From NCBI GenBank assembly GCA_000320545.1, contig ADNK01001626.1, forward strand, positions 11,435 to 75,434: DNA of 64,000 nt. Direction: 5' to 3'. A model generated the notes under the pieces. It did not search any database and was not told the origin of the DNA. It saw nothing but the letters and a program-made list of their open reading frames with translations. Position numbers and translations under genes: made by a program. Shown here in pieces: positions 40,657 through 53,385 of this stretch. Each line of letters begins with the position of its first letter. Positions within the stretch are counted from its first letter, which is position 1. Source of the stretch: Bigelowiella natans CCMP2755. Lineage: Eukaryota; Protista; Cercozoa.

Positions 40657-41286
40657 TGTAGTTGAACCTGCGTATGTAACACTGTTGTTGTCTCAAAATT
40701 TAATAATATGAAAGCATCTGCGGTACCTTGGAACACTCCCACACACGAGAAAGTAGTACCCAAATCAATTCCTGACCAGAAAGCATAGCGACGTTTTAAT
40801 TTCACAATAAGATACTTTCTCAAAATAACGAAGAATTGCTGAAAGCTCATATTTCATCTGCCGGTTTGTTTACTAAACATTTGTTGTGGGTAGCTTCTCT
40901 CTAGTGACATAATCAGATGCATATAAAAGACAATACCGATAATGCTTGGCTTTGGTGGGGGAAGGTGTTTCTGTCCATAATAACCTATAATTGAATTAGT
41001 ACAGCCCCTCTAAGTAAATACCCAGATTAATAATTTCACAGAACTCGGTCACGTTCACGGCACTACGATGCTTCGAAATGGGCTTTCAAGATGGTTGTGA
41101 GAGCATGCAAGTTTGAGTATTTGCAAAAAGATTTGTGAGTAAGGTGATGAAATTCTCACCCCAAATGAAAGATGCGAAAAGACCGACGAAGAAGACGGTG
41201 AGCATCTGTTCCTGCCTGACAAAAAAATGCCGATTCATTAAGTCCTCCGTCCCCTCCCACATCTGTGTTATATTTTTTTACTTCAT
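36523..41286 (-). CDS. HSPA13: HSPA13/STCH-type Hsp70 (membrane anchor plus ATPase domain only)
   Basis: MKQEQMLTVFFVGLFASFIWGYYGQKHLPPPKPSIIGIDLGTTFS; VISVPADF; PTAAALAYG; VDLGGGTLDVS; LGGQDFN; LVGGSTRVP; ends GVAIQAGVISGTWPVPVSAVELP plus an acidic tail and has no substrate-binding domain. Both termini match the HSPA13 signature (QQYLPLPTPKVIGIDLGTT; GSWPLQVSALEIP). Confidence 0.85.
38695..38866. repeat. Compound (GAT)n / GACGACAAT tandem repeat in an HSPA13 intron
   Basis: About 170 nt of GAT triplets interrupted periodically by GACGACAAT. Confidence 0.95.
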
Positions 41287-41829
41287 GGTTTGCGAGGGCC
41301 TTTCCCTAGGTCAGAAGGGGCGACTCTCAAATATATACCTTCTCTGTTTTTGCAATGTAAACCTATCTCTTTCGTAGAAGTCGCAGGAGGAGAGTGGAGG
41401 GGGGATAGGAGGTCAACTTCAGGTCACTTATGCAATATGTTTTTTGTGCTCAATGTTAAATATGAATTCCACCCAAGATCGACGTCGTCAATCAGGAAGG
41501 CTTGGTTGATTCGTTCTCGCACGTAGGATTATTCTTCTTTCCCGGTGTTCATTTCTTTTTATTTCATCGCCTGCAGGGAGCCATCCTTCTGCTCGGTTGT
41601 GGAAGCCCGGGCTACGTCAGCAGCCCGGTTGAACAAAATTACCGACGAATATCGTGTTACGTCAACAAGAATTTCATTGACGCATCTTTAATTAGGTCCA
41701 AGATAGTCTCTAAGAATCTCTAAATCTCGAAGATATTTCCATGTTTGAATCCCGATTACTGCCGGGATTTCTGAGGATCTGGCAACAGAACTAAAGGCTC
41801 TGCTCTCCTCCCCCGCGCCCCTGCCTGTC

Positions 41830-42801
41830 ATGTCCGGCTGGCGCTTAAAGATCCACCGCAAACGCCCTCCTAAAGGTTTCTTCCTAGATATTGAAAATTA
41901 TAGGTGTCTTCATTAGCCTTAGCGCACGATAAGCTACGATGGCGGCGAAAATGAATTCACTGCTACATTGTGCGTGGGGAAAGCTGCGGCTTCTTCTCCA
42001 GCTTTTCGAGCTCATGGCGTCTTTCCCCAAGGCCCTTTTTTAATTTCCGGTTATTTAATGATATGAAATTACTATGCAGGGTTTGATCTGGTAGAAGATG
42101 CACTCGATGCTTTTGATGAGAAGATGAAAGAGGCGGTGGAAGCTAGCCACGAAGGATTGCGCAAGAACGAAACAACTTGGCCAATCATCAAGTATCACTG
42201 GCTGCGAAATCGCTACATCTACGAGAGTTACTACAAGAAGAAGAGGATTTCGAGGGAATTGTTTGACTGGCTAGTCCGAAATAAGGTCAGTTGCTTGGCA
42301 CTACAGAAAATACAAAGGCGCTCCAACTTAGGAAAATTTAAAGGAATCAAAGAAAAGAATTGTTCTCTCATTTGTTTTTACCATATAACCTAGGTGGCTG
42401 ATGGTCCTCTGATCGCCAAGTGGAAGAAAAAGGGCTACGAGTTCCTCTGCTCTCTTCTCGCCATAGACAAGTCTGCCTCCAACTTCGGGACTACGAGTAT
42501 ATGCCGCGTACCTCTGTCGAAAAGGGCCCAAGAGCAGCAGGTACTGCCTGCAGTCAGCATCGGTTGCGTCAGCTGTGCATCGTGCGACAAAGGAGCACCT
42601 ATTTGGTGGGATGGTCCATTCAAGCGCTCGGATCTCCTGTTCTCCGATGAGGAGGAATCGGATGAGGACGAGGACGAAGATGAGGAAAAAAAAGGCGGAG
42701 ATGAAGAAACAGAGGACGCGAAACAAGGGACAAAGCGTGATGGGGAAGACAAAGAGGCTGATGACGAAGAAAAACCACCTTCAAAGAAGCAGAAATCATG
42801 A
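41830..42801 (+). CDS. BUD31: BUD31/G10-family splicing factor, divergent paralogue with an acidic tail
   Basis: Three exons: RKRPPKGFDLVEDALDAFDEKMKEA...HEGLRKNETTWPIIKYHWLRNRYIYESYYKKKRISRELFDWLVRNKVADGPLIAKWKKKGYEFLC...NFGTTSICRVP. Confidence 0.9.
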
Positions 42802-42939
42802 AGATGAGTGTGCGAAGGTTACATTATTATAAATAATGCAGCACATGACTGTTCAGTGTCAATTATTATTACAGCATACATTGCAAGATATGCACGCACA
42901 TTATAGTGCAATAAGGTTGGCATTAATCACAAGCAGTTA

Positions 42940-43440
42940 AGATCTAGATATGATTGGTATCACAGCACTTTATCAGCTTTTTGTTATACTCTATCGTAAT
43001 TAAGTAGCGCAGCGCAGATGTCGTTGCAAGCATTGCTTGGCGTATCTATCTAGATATAGCTGATCTTTCCCACGAGACATGCTAGCATGAATGCATGACG
43101 TATGACTAGATGTGGACAATGCGAATTGCCAGCTACATTAATCATCATAGACACAGCTAGACAGTAGCATGGCGAGCTAGCGAGCTCTGCTAGTCTGCTC
43201 TATAGTGCTAGCTAGCGCTAGCTAACTAGGCTAGCTAGGCTAGCGTAGGCCTCGCTAGCTTGCAACAAATGCTACCATCGGCTCAGAATGACAATCAATA
43301 CTGAACGGTCGCTACTATGATGCTCTATAGCACTAGCTAGCACATGCGAACAGCACGCTCAGCATGCTACTTGCGACCTGTATGTACTACGTGCACTATC
43401 CAGCACGATAGCAGCATGCATCTAGCTAGTACTAGAGCAG
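42940..43440. other. CTAG/GCTAGC-dense convergent intergenic spacer
   Basis: 16 CTAG in 43141-43440 by hand count, including overlapping GCTAGCTAGC runs. Confidence 0.85.
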
Positions 43441-43494
43441 ACACATATATACTTGTTATAGCTATGTATGCAGACAGAATAAATAATTGCTCCG

Positions 43495-44106
43495 TTATTC
43501 ACCAACGTTTTTCAGTACTTGGACCTTGCGATCAACCTTTGAAAAGTTTACATTAGAGAGGCGAGCGCCAGCCAGCACTCTTTCTGGGAGATGTTCCTCT
43601 TTCTTCGCCTGTGTTGAACAAAATGGTAAACTCTCAGGTGCGTGGCAAGGCATGTGCGAAGGTTCACAACGCGTCGCACCGTACTACGACTGGTGCTACT
43701 ACCTCCAAAAGCCACACCATATCCACCTCAATGTTGACTGAATATGCGTGGGCTAGCTTAATGATAGCGTTTGCTGCGTAGGAGGAGTCCACATGGACGT
43801 CAACTTCAAGATATCTGGGGGTGGGATAAGAGGAAAACTACTGATGAGGATGAGAGTAAGACTTTCTCTGATAGCTTTTGTACAGGGATGTCGACTCACC
43901 GTGGTGAAAGATTAGGTAAACAAATCAAAGCTACTATTGTACCGCACCTGTCAGAAGAAAAGTACTTCTGTGTCACCTTCTTCCCCATTATCACAGGCGT
44001 TTCCTTGACCGCACATCGCACTATGAAAGGCCCGGTAACAACGCGCGGGATAAACTTGAAAGCTTCATCCAGCTAACCACCAACACATACTCAGGCATGT
44101 GTAGCA

Positions 44107-44161
<55 letters not shown>

Positions 44162-47100
44162 AGAGAGAAAATCGCAGAAGGCATTTGATGCCTTTTATTG
44201 ACGTATATATGATGCGTCGTGCCGTGTGCACATCCACGCTAGCACTATACCTTCATTTTGTCATCAGTTTCTGTCAGGTCTGCTCCCACTTTCCCCACAC
44301 CTCCTTTCCGGTCTTGGACGTTGCGTCGAAAGACTTCCCCTCGAGAGTGTTCTCCCCTTCATCGTGTCCTATGCGCACCGATTCTGAAAGCTTTCCCGTG
44401 GCCTTTGCTTCCTCCTCCTTTTGTTTCTTGAGGGTCAATTCAACCCTTTCGATTGCATCTTGCAGCGCAAGAACGACTGCTACTTTAGAATAGCGCCCTT
44501 TATCCAATAGCTGTTGTTTGTAAGCAATAATGCCGTCCCTTAGCTGCTTCACGCTCATGAGTCCTTTGGCGTGCTGGTGTTCGTGAATCACAAGATCCAC
44601 GGGAAGAAGCGAGGATGATTGTTTCGGGGGGGGGGAGGGCGATGATAAAGATATGGATGATGAAGATGATGTTAACGAAGGGTGTGGGGCGAGTAGGCTT
44701 TGTTTGAGCAGAGTAGCGTCAAAAAGCAGTCTGTTTTCGATGCCGAGGGCTTTGATGAGCACTTCCATTACACTCTCTTCTTCATCTGACAATTTTGTCT
44801 TGGTGGAGTTTGTGTTGTCTGCCGCCGAGGAGGAAGGGGGGCCGGGGCTTCTTGACCTGGAACGGGAGCAGGACCTCGATCGACTTCGGCGTCTCCCTCC
44901 GTTATTACTTCCTTCCTGTTTACCTTTCTTCTGCTCGGTGGAAGAAGACGGTGCTAGCAATGATGATGACTGTGACGATGATGTTGGAGTTGCTGTGCTA
45001 GTAGTTGTAGTTGTAGTTGTTGTTGTTGTTGTTGTAGTTGTGGTAGTAATAGCGGTCGCGTCCTTGTCTTTCGAGGAAGCTGTTCCTGCCTCCCCTTCTC
45101 GTTGCGACGAAGACGGTATTGACGGGTTGGCGCTGCTCTCTCTCGAAGCGGGTCCTCTGCTTTTAGACCTTAACCGCCTACCGGAAGGGCTGCGACTGCG
45201 CTCACGGCCACGCTGTTGCGGAGGCTAGGAGGGAGGGAGGGAGAGAGAGAGAGAGGGGAGGGGAGAAGGGCGAGAGAATAGGTAAAAACGCATGAAGAAA
45301 GTGATTTGCAACCACGTTGAATGCAAGCAAATGCTGTGGTGCAATCATCTATGCCGTCTGTCGCTGCATGTGCGCGTTTGTTCGTTGTTAACCACCTGCA
45401 GCGATGATGATATTATTCGTGGGGACGATGAGGATGTAGGCGGTCCCGACGCTACATTATCCGTTGCTGCTGGTGTTGCTGGTGCTGGCACTCCCTGCCC
45501 CCCCTTGATGGGCGTATCAAGCACTTGACTTTCGTCTTCGTCTTTGGTGTCATCAAGCATTCCGAGTGCATCGTCGATCATGTCCAACGTCACACCACCA
45601 CCGCCAGCCGAAGAGTTGTTATTTTTGCTGGCGGGACCACCAGCTGCTGCTGACGTAGCCATCTGTGTGCTCGAGTGCAGCGACGCGCTGGAGCTGTGTC
45701 GTGTAATGGGCACTGCGGATGTATCGTGGGGATTCTCATCGTTGTCGTCGTTGCTGTTGCTTGCGCTACCATGCTTATCCTGAAAGGAGGAGTTCTTATG
45801 TTCACCGTAACCCCAATTCTGCTCTGAGAAGGGTGGGTTTGTTTTTGCTGCCTCCCCGTACTCGTCATCAAGCGTTATATCACTTGGAGCAACGGCTTCG
45901 AAGTTCTTCGAATCTCCCATCTCGTTGTCCTCCTTCACAGAGGGGTAGGTGTGAAGAAGAAGAAGAAGAAGAAGAAGAAGAAGAAGGAGGAGGAGGAGGA
46001 GGAGAACGAGGAGGAGGGGAAAAACGACATGAGGTAAGGTGAAATTGAGTCAAGAAAGTTTTAAGAAAAGTGAGGAGGCGAAAGAAAGGACTGCCTCGCT
46101 TCGTTCTTCTCTCTTGATAGACACCATTAGATGACTAAATCTGGCAGAATGGGTAACTATCGATGTCTTCTTAATTCGGTGCGAATTTCGAGCTCTCATC
46201 AACTTTATGCTTTATCGTTGCTAGTCTTTCACGAACGCAATCTACTTCGATTTACCGTATCGATAAGCGCAAGCATTGCGTCTTGCTCGTCCCTAAGCCG
46301 ACCTGCAATTGTGGCGCTACCCCTTCCCCCCTGCTGCAAATTCGAAGTCGATATCGTGCTGCCGCCGATTGTGCCCGCCATCGCAATGCTAGGCTTCCTC
46401 AACGCTAGATTGATTCACAGAAAAATAGAGGAAGTGGGTAAGGAAAGATAGATCTTCGTTCTTGCCTCAAACAAGCATGCCGCCAGGATGAACCCTCCTC
46501 GATTTCTCATTGACATCAGGAAGGAGCGAAAGCAAGAGAACAGAATGCGTACCAACAAAAGATTCCGGATGGTTTAGTCTTAGAAGCCGAAGGCAAGATT
46601 GCCACTGCCCTCCCTGTGTTGCATGCAAAGAAGAAGACGTTTCTACACAATGTTGGCGGATACGAGTAGATGTGATAATAACCTCAACACCAGCGTCCTC
46701 CATCGTTTGCACTTGATCGATGTTAAATATATGTCCCCGTATGTAAAGGACTGGGAGTTTGAACGGTTCGCCTTCATTGGCCTCCTCTACCTCTTTCCGC
46801 CGCTTCAGTTTTCCGGTGCACGCGGTATGTAATTGAAACCAGAACAGTAGTATTAAACAAGTATGACAACAGCAAAGCCACCGACACAAATGGTTCATTA
46901 TTTAGTGTCGCTCCTGCTAATTCGCTGATAACTATATATGCCACAGGACACCTGTGGCTCCAGATCAAGGTAGACTTTCTCATATTTAAGGCCTTTCGCA
47001 GCGAGAAGAGATTCCCATCGCCTCTCGTCCCCTGATTTTGCATAATTGGATAAAATCTACTGATGGTACGGGAAGATTATGATGTAGAATTTAAAAAATA

Positions 47101-48085
47101 CTTTGACACCAGAAATGACATACGTACATATCAAATAGGAATCATACCCCCCATTTTTCTTGTACTTTTTGTCGAGCTGGTGAAGAGTTTCACGTTGTGA
47201 GCCTGGTTATACTGCTCTCCAGTTAGCCCCAGCTGCGTGCGAAGCTGACGGACTTTCGCCTCTAAATCTCGAAGGGAGCTAAGCTGCGTATTTATCTGGC
47301 AAAATATGATGAGATGAATCAGCTTGTGACATAATGGACAAGTATTCATCATAGGGCTTCCCCTCGCAGTAAAGGATGGAAGGGAGAGTAATCGAGGGAC
47401 AAAACCGTGAAACACAAAATATTTTCCCACGCACCGTGGTCGCCGACTGCTCTAAGGCCCAATGAACATGACGAATCATTGCTACAGGTACTTTGAGGAA
47501 CAATCCATTGTCTGCCTTCCGAATCTTTGATGCTGGCAATTCTGTTAAGTAATTTCCTAGTTATTATTCATCACTAGTGCTGACGTCATGCATTTTTCCA
47601 TCCAGAGAAAAGGTCTCATAAGGTGGTGCGACTCATAGAGGTTTTCTCATGCTAGTACCGTGTCCCTCCGCTAGGAGCGCATCAACACAGGCTTTCATTG
47701 CTATTTGCAGCCTGAAGTCGTAATTAACGTTCGTATAAGTTTTGCATCGATTCACAACGCAATCATTTCTTACTCGGGCAGCCCCATTCCTTCTTCTCCG
47801 TGCAATCTAATCTCATCTAAGTTCTTCTCTGCTACAGAGTGAGCCATCTGGGCAAGCTCTAGTGCCTTTTGTGTTCGCAACAACCACGTTCGTAAGAACC
47901 AACAACTGCGTCAAAAAAAAATTAACCACGCCTCTTCCTCAACCTCCCAAACTCCCACTTATCCGCCTATCTACCTTCCTTCTGGACTCTGTAGGAGCGC
48001 TCTCATATTCGTGCTTGGCGTTTTTCAGTGCGCCGGCCTTAGCCTTTAACTGGAGACGTAGGGCTTGAGCTACCTTAGACTCCAT
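43495..48085 (-). CDS. Hypothetical multi-exon protein (coiled-coil N-terminus, Ser/Arg-rich disordered middle)
   Basis: Start MESKVAQALRLQLKAK; open exons 44274-45225 and 45345-45938; terminal exon AKKEEHLPERVLAGARLSNVNFSKVDRKVQVLKNVGE*. No family recognised. Confidence 0.65.
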
Positions 48086-48395
48086 TATTGAAAGGTGCTT
48101 TTCGCAAGATTTTTTCCTTGACGAATATCGCAGGGGAGGAGGTGTAAAAAACCATAGCGACATTGAAAATAGGATGTCTCTATTATAAAAATAGTTGCCT
48201 TTTGCTAAAAACGCAAATGGGCTGTCAGTCACCGTTGTTTGACTAAGAAATATGGTCCGAACACATGGTCGTCTAATTATATAAATCCAATGCATTTTTT
48301 ATCTGCGACAACGTTTATCAAGAATTTCATGTTCCCTCGCCCTCACGCGCCTTCGGTCCTCCAGTCCTCCAACTGTTGACTCCCCCGTCCAAGCG

Positions 48396-49316
48396 ATGAG
48401 TAACAAAGGGATCGACCTAAACAACCTAGGTGATTTTGTCATCGACACCAGCGCACTCGAGGTATGTAGCTAGTAAGGAATCAGTGAACGACAAAGACAT
48501 TTCGTCGTTGAGGTTAGACCTCGGTGCACGGGGAGAGAAGGAGCACAGCGCTGATTTAATTATAGCCCGAACTAAAGAAAACACAATGCCCTTTACACTG
48601 CATATATACCTCATTCATACAATTTAGGATGTCGGTGACACAAGTGGTGCGAATTCATCGGTAATTCCATGGCCACAATGCTGAAAAGTGTTCTCGTAAT
48701 GGCACACTGATACTGGATTCCTCCTTTCAATTGATTCAGAGTCAGGTAGCCATGCCAACTCTGGAGGCTGATCGTAGCTCTGCCGTGAATTCTGGTACGG
48801 CTGCGGCGGCATCGGCCCAACAATGGCCTACTTCGTCGACAGGAGGACAACAGAGATCTCAACAGCAACAGCTACAAGCAAGGAGAAGACGTCAAACACC
48901 AGCTCCACAACCCGCTGGACGAAATACTACTCAAAGTAGAAGCCGCACGTTCACAACTTCATCATGCTATATCATTGAACAAAAATATGATGATTACCCT
49001 GTGTGATTACTGGCTCACATCCGTTCTCGTTTCGCAGGGAGGGGGGCAGCAGGAGCATCTAGTTCAATGGAGGCCGCCTTGGTGTTACCACCGCATTCAT
49101 TATATTGATAATTAAAGATCATGGCACGTTCTTTAGACCAACGTTATCTGATGGATAAATATACTCATTTTTACAGAAATTCTTGTTCGATTACTCGCAA
49201 TTGCGTATCGACACCCAATACAAAGATTACATGATGAAAACATCGTCTGTAATCAGGAACAGCCTCCCGAGTAATGTCCTAGCATGCGTTGCTATTTCTA
49301 CCCACATTTTTGTTTT

Positions 49317-49381
<65 letters not shown>

Positions 49382-50229
49382 AAGAAACTGACTCTTAATT
49401 ATTAATGTGATTGCTCATTAGGAACCCAGAGGGAAATCATGTGGAGAAAAACCAGCAGACAAAGAGCGTAATTTGTTATCCCCTCCCCCCCCCCCCACGC
49501 CTTCTATTGTGTGCCTCTTGTTGTTTGTATGGCGACACCTTCTTTCTCCGTTTATTTCTCCTGCCCCGGGGCATATCCATCCATCCACGCAATATTCAAC
49601 TTGATTCTATGTACAATAGATGAGGAAATGCAACATGCACAACAGCATTCATGCGAGGTGTTATAATTTTTTTTTGATAGGAGGCATCGTAGCTCCAGTA
49701 GCCAACCTTCTACTGCTTCTAATCCTAGTGGAACCCCCGCGACAACTGCGGTCGCTCCCAGGAACACCCTCCCCACCGCAGCGAGCGGACAACCACAACA
49801 GCAGCAGCAGCAGCAGCAGCAGCTAAAAAGATCTATTGGCGTCGCTGCAACGGCACCGTCATTGCCGACTTCTCAAAGCAATTTACCATCGTCATCATCA
49901 ATAGTAGCAAGACCAGAAACGAAGGCAGGGAGTACATTAGGTGCCACCTCCGCTGCTATACTTTCGAATCCTGGTCTTCATCAACAGCGCCAACGGCCAC
50001 AATCTACCACAGCACTAGCAAGTGCAGCCGCCATACAGAAGAAGAAGCAGCAGCAAGAAGAGGACCCTCGGATGGCTATAATACGACAGAAACAGGAGAG
50101 ACAGAGGAGGAAGGAAGCTGAGGAGAAGCAAGTAGAGGAGGAGCGAAAAAGAGATCAAAGACGATATCTCGAAGATATTAAGCGATACGAGAGGAGGTTA
50201 TTGTTGCATGCTTGCATTAAATATGATAA

Positions 50230-50296
<67 letters not shown>

Positions 50297-50302
50297 TTTG
50301 TA

Positions 50303-50342
<40 letters not shown>

Positions 50343-51569
50343 TCCCCCCCGTAAACACTCTCAGAGATGGCATCTCTCACGAGGCAGTGATGCGTGAGCA
50401 GACGTTCATTAACAGCAAGACTCTAAAAGAAATACTAGACCGGCAATGTACAGACAATGGGCTGCGCGAAACGGACGAGCAGGCGGATCATTCCATCTTC
50501 GAGTGCCTAACACAGGCCGTGCAAGTAAAGCTCAATTCAGTTCTGGAGGAGATTGTGAAGATATCGAAGCATCGTCGTCATACCTCGCAAGTGGGGGGTC
50601 GGGACCAGAGTATTCGGTATAATGGCGCCCGTTATCCCATCAAAGTTTGCGAACCCAAACCGAAGCGCGTACTCGCTGTTCTGAGGAAGCAGAAAATGGA
50701 GCGCGACAACCAAGATATCGCCGAAAGGGCCGCTATTCATGCACGCACTGAATCGGAGAAGGCTTCGATGGAGGAAGATGAGCGTGAAGGCGATGAAGAT
50801 GGTGGGAGAGGTGGCCTTCGTAGAAGCCTAACTGCTAGCGGTACAACGAATATTGGTCGGCAGAGTAGTGTGGGAGGCGGCGGGATTTTGCCTGGGAAAA
50901 AAACGCAAGCATATCTTTCCAAACGGTTCATGCGCCAGGGAAGCTTCAATGCAATGGATATATCCGAAGACGACAATATTGGTGGAGAGGAGGGGAAAGT
51001 GACGCGGGAAGACGTCATTGCGTATCTCCGCGAAACGCAATTTCAGAGCCCGCGGATGCGGGAGTTACGCGAGAATGCCATTCTGTCGTTGCGCTATCAA
51101 GAACCAAAAGAGGAGCACATAAAAATGTTCAAAAGCCTTAAGAACCAGGTGGAGGCGAAAATGAGGACGCAGTTTAGGTAATTTGAAGTAACGAATGGGC
51201 AATTGTTGTGCTTATTTGGCGAGGAAGTAGATCATATTTCTTCCTCGATTAGCAAAGAGCAGAACATGGCCAAAATGTAGAAAAAAATTGTACACTTTCT
51301 TTTTCAATCATTATCGGTGCTGGATACTATACCCTTCATATCTAAGACTTCCTCTTGTATTTGTTGCATACAGAATCTTTGACTGCATTGGTGTGATGGT
51401 GGTACATGAGAGATACTACTACGTGGCCGTCGTCGATGGAGGCTTCAGAATAAATATCACAATAGAAGACAATCGCGTCACGGAAATTACGAAAGAAAAG
51501 CGTTGGATTGATAGAGCGTCAATGCGACTCTTGAAAGACGACTACGATTTGATCCGGACATCGCCATGA
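48396..51569 (+). CDS. TAF4: TFIID subunit TAF4-like protein
   Basis: Histone-fold segment FINSKTLKEILDRQCTDNGLRE...IFECLTQAVQVKLNSVLEEIVKISKHRR and C-terminal VTREDVIAYLRE, after a Q/A/S-rich N-terminus. Ends at 51181 if unspliced or 51569 if spliced. Confidence 0.72.
49320..49375. repeat. (CT)n microsatellite in a TAF4 intron
   Basis: Directly visible. Confidence 0.95.
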
Positions 51570-51964
51570 AGCATGCCTGTACGGACGGTGATCATGACGT
51601 CATTAAAAATCGAACAAAAGTCCAATGAGCATGCGATTGTTGCTGATCAATCCTGTATTCACAGCGTTACATGCCAGCTAATTACAATGGCAATAGCTCT
51701 ATCCAAAATTTTATTAGCATGCGCGTGTACATCGTGTCGTACAGAATCGAAAGGTTCAGTCTCGCTAGCTAGCTAGAGCGGCGTGCGCTCAACTTGCTGG
51801 GCATTATTATCACACAACATACATTCGATTTAGCTGATCCTTCATCTTTTTTATGACGCGCTAGGCTTGCAGATGCATGCGTTTTATATTTTCCGAGCCA
51901 CGCGTTGTGCGTTGCAATTTTGATGCATTAAAATTATATAATTATAATCAAGGATGCTCTTGCA

Positions 51965-52696
51965 TTACAATTTGCTAGTAGAGGGCGGAAGGGGGATCTT
52001 CATCAAGACCATTGTTGTATTTGCTTTTACGTAGACTTTGCCTGCGAAATCCTGCACTGTCACCTCCACAAAAACCTGCAGAATTCGTTTACAATCCTTA
52101 AATGAGAACAAAAAGCCAGACGCGTAACGTTCGGGGAAACTACTGGCTTGTTTTTCAATTTTAGTCGAATCTTACGCGTCTAGATCCCGATGTGGGGGGA
52201 GTAACTTTTGCTTTCATCAGGTAAGGGACTCGTATCTGACCATCACAAATTTATCAGGTCTCTAGAATATGTACTAATGCGCAATATCAATCTAAAGAAA
52301 ATACAAATGCTTGTGCAAAATTGTTATTTTGCGTCTATTTTGCGCTACAACACGAAAGAACATAATTACCGTGCAAGGGTTCAAATAGCGAATGTGTCTC
52401 TCTCCTGTGACGACGCTTCGCCCTAACGATGTTCGTACGCTCATAATGTTGTTGAACGGATTTTTCTCAATATTTTCATCAAATTGTTGGTATAACAGCA
52501 GGTTCTGAACATATTTATCTGCTTACCGTTGATGATACACGAAATTCCCTCTACAGCATCGATTACGGAGGCAATAGCCCTGTTAACAGCGTAATTTTGT
52601 GGATACCACAAAATATGGAAACTAGTTGGATAACTACTTACCCTCCGTGTACGCCGCGACCCACGTTTGACGCTGTTTGCATGTATATATGAATAT

Positions 52697-52791
<95 letters not shown>

Positions 52792-52792
52792 T

Positions 52793-52828
<36 letters not shown>

Positions 52829-53385
52829 TACATAGTATACTACCATCACGAAAGAACCGAACAGCAAAAATCGCATCCTTATCGCCGTGCCAGGCCGCAA
52901 CTTCCTGAAACACAAATACGTACAAAATAAGTACCGCACGATACGAAAACATTCCCTATTGCACTAATTGGATCGCGATTACAGGTGCGAGTCAATATTA
53001 TACACACACAGATAGGCGCTCAGCAACAAGATTTGTTGGAGAAATGAATTAATCTGTCTTTCAGTTCCAACATGTATAGGTATTACGATGGCAAGTATCA
53101 CCCAAAACTTTCCAATTTTGTCGCGAGCGAAAACGAAGTGCCTTTTGTTCCAAATCTCCAACACCTCCACTGGATCAAAAGGCCTTGGATTTTCAAGGTC
53201 TCGAAGCGCTATGATCTGAATAGAACAGAGAAAATTTTGTTGCTTCTCATGACTGTTAAACGCAATTCACACGCTCTTTCGTCGGTTATTAGGATATTCT
53301 CTTGCTATACCATTTCAAAACTTGCGTTCTAACGAAGAAGGAGTGTTATCACCTTGAGTTCATCGGGGGGCCAGACCGTAGCCAT
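51965..53385 (-). CDS. Hot-dog-fold (PaaI/THEM4-like) acyl-CoA thioesterase with peroxisomal PTS1
   Basis: Spliced motif NVGRGVHGG|[11 protein letters not shown]; last exon [36 protein letters not shown] ends in -SKL. Confidence 0.75.
52684..52827. repeat. Compound (TA)n(GA)n(TG)n microsatellite in a thioesterase intron
   Basis: Directly visible. Confidence 0.95.

Noticed and set aside
9148-41286. SEC63 plus HSPA13 as an ER-translocation gene cluster
   Set aside because: They are about 25 kb apart with unrelated genes between; there is no evidence beyond chance.
41916-42040. 5S rRNA (about 120 nt, three-way junction, T-run)
   Set aside because: No similarity to conserved 5S motifs such as CCAUACC, GAAGCUAAG or AGUACU.
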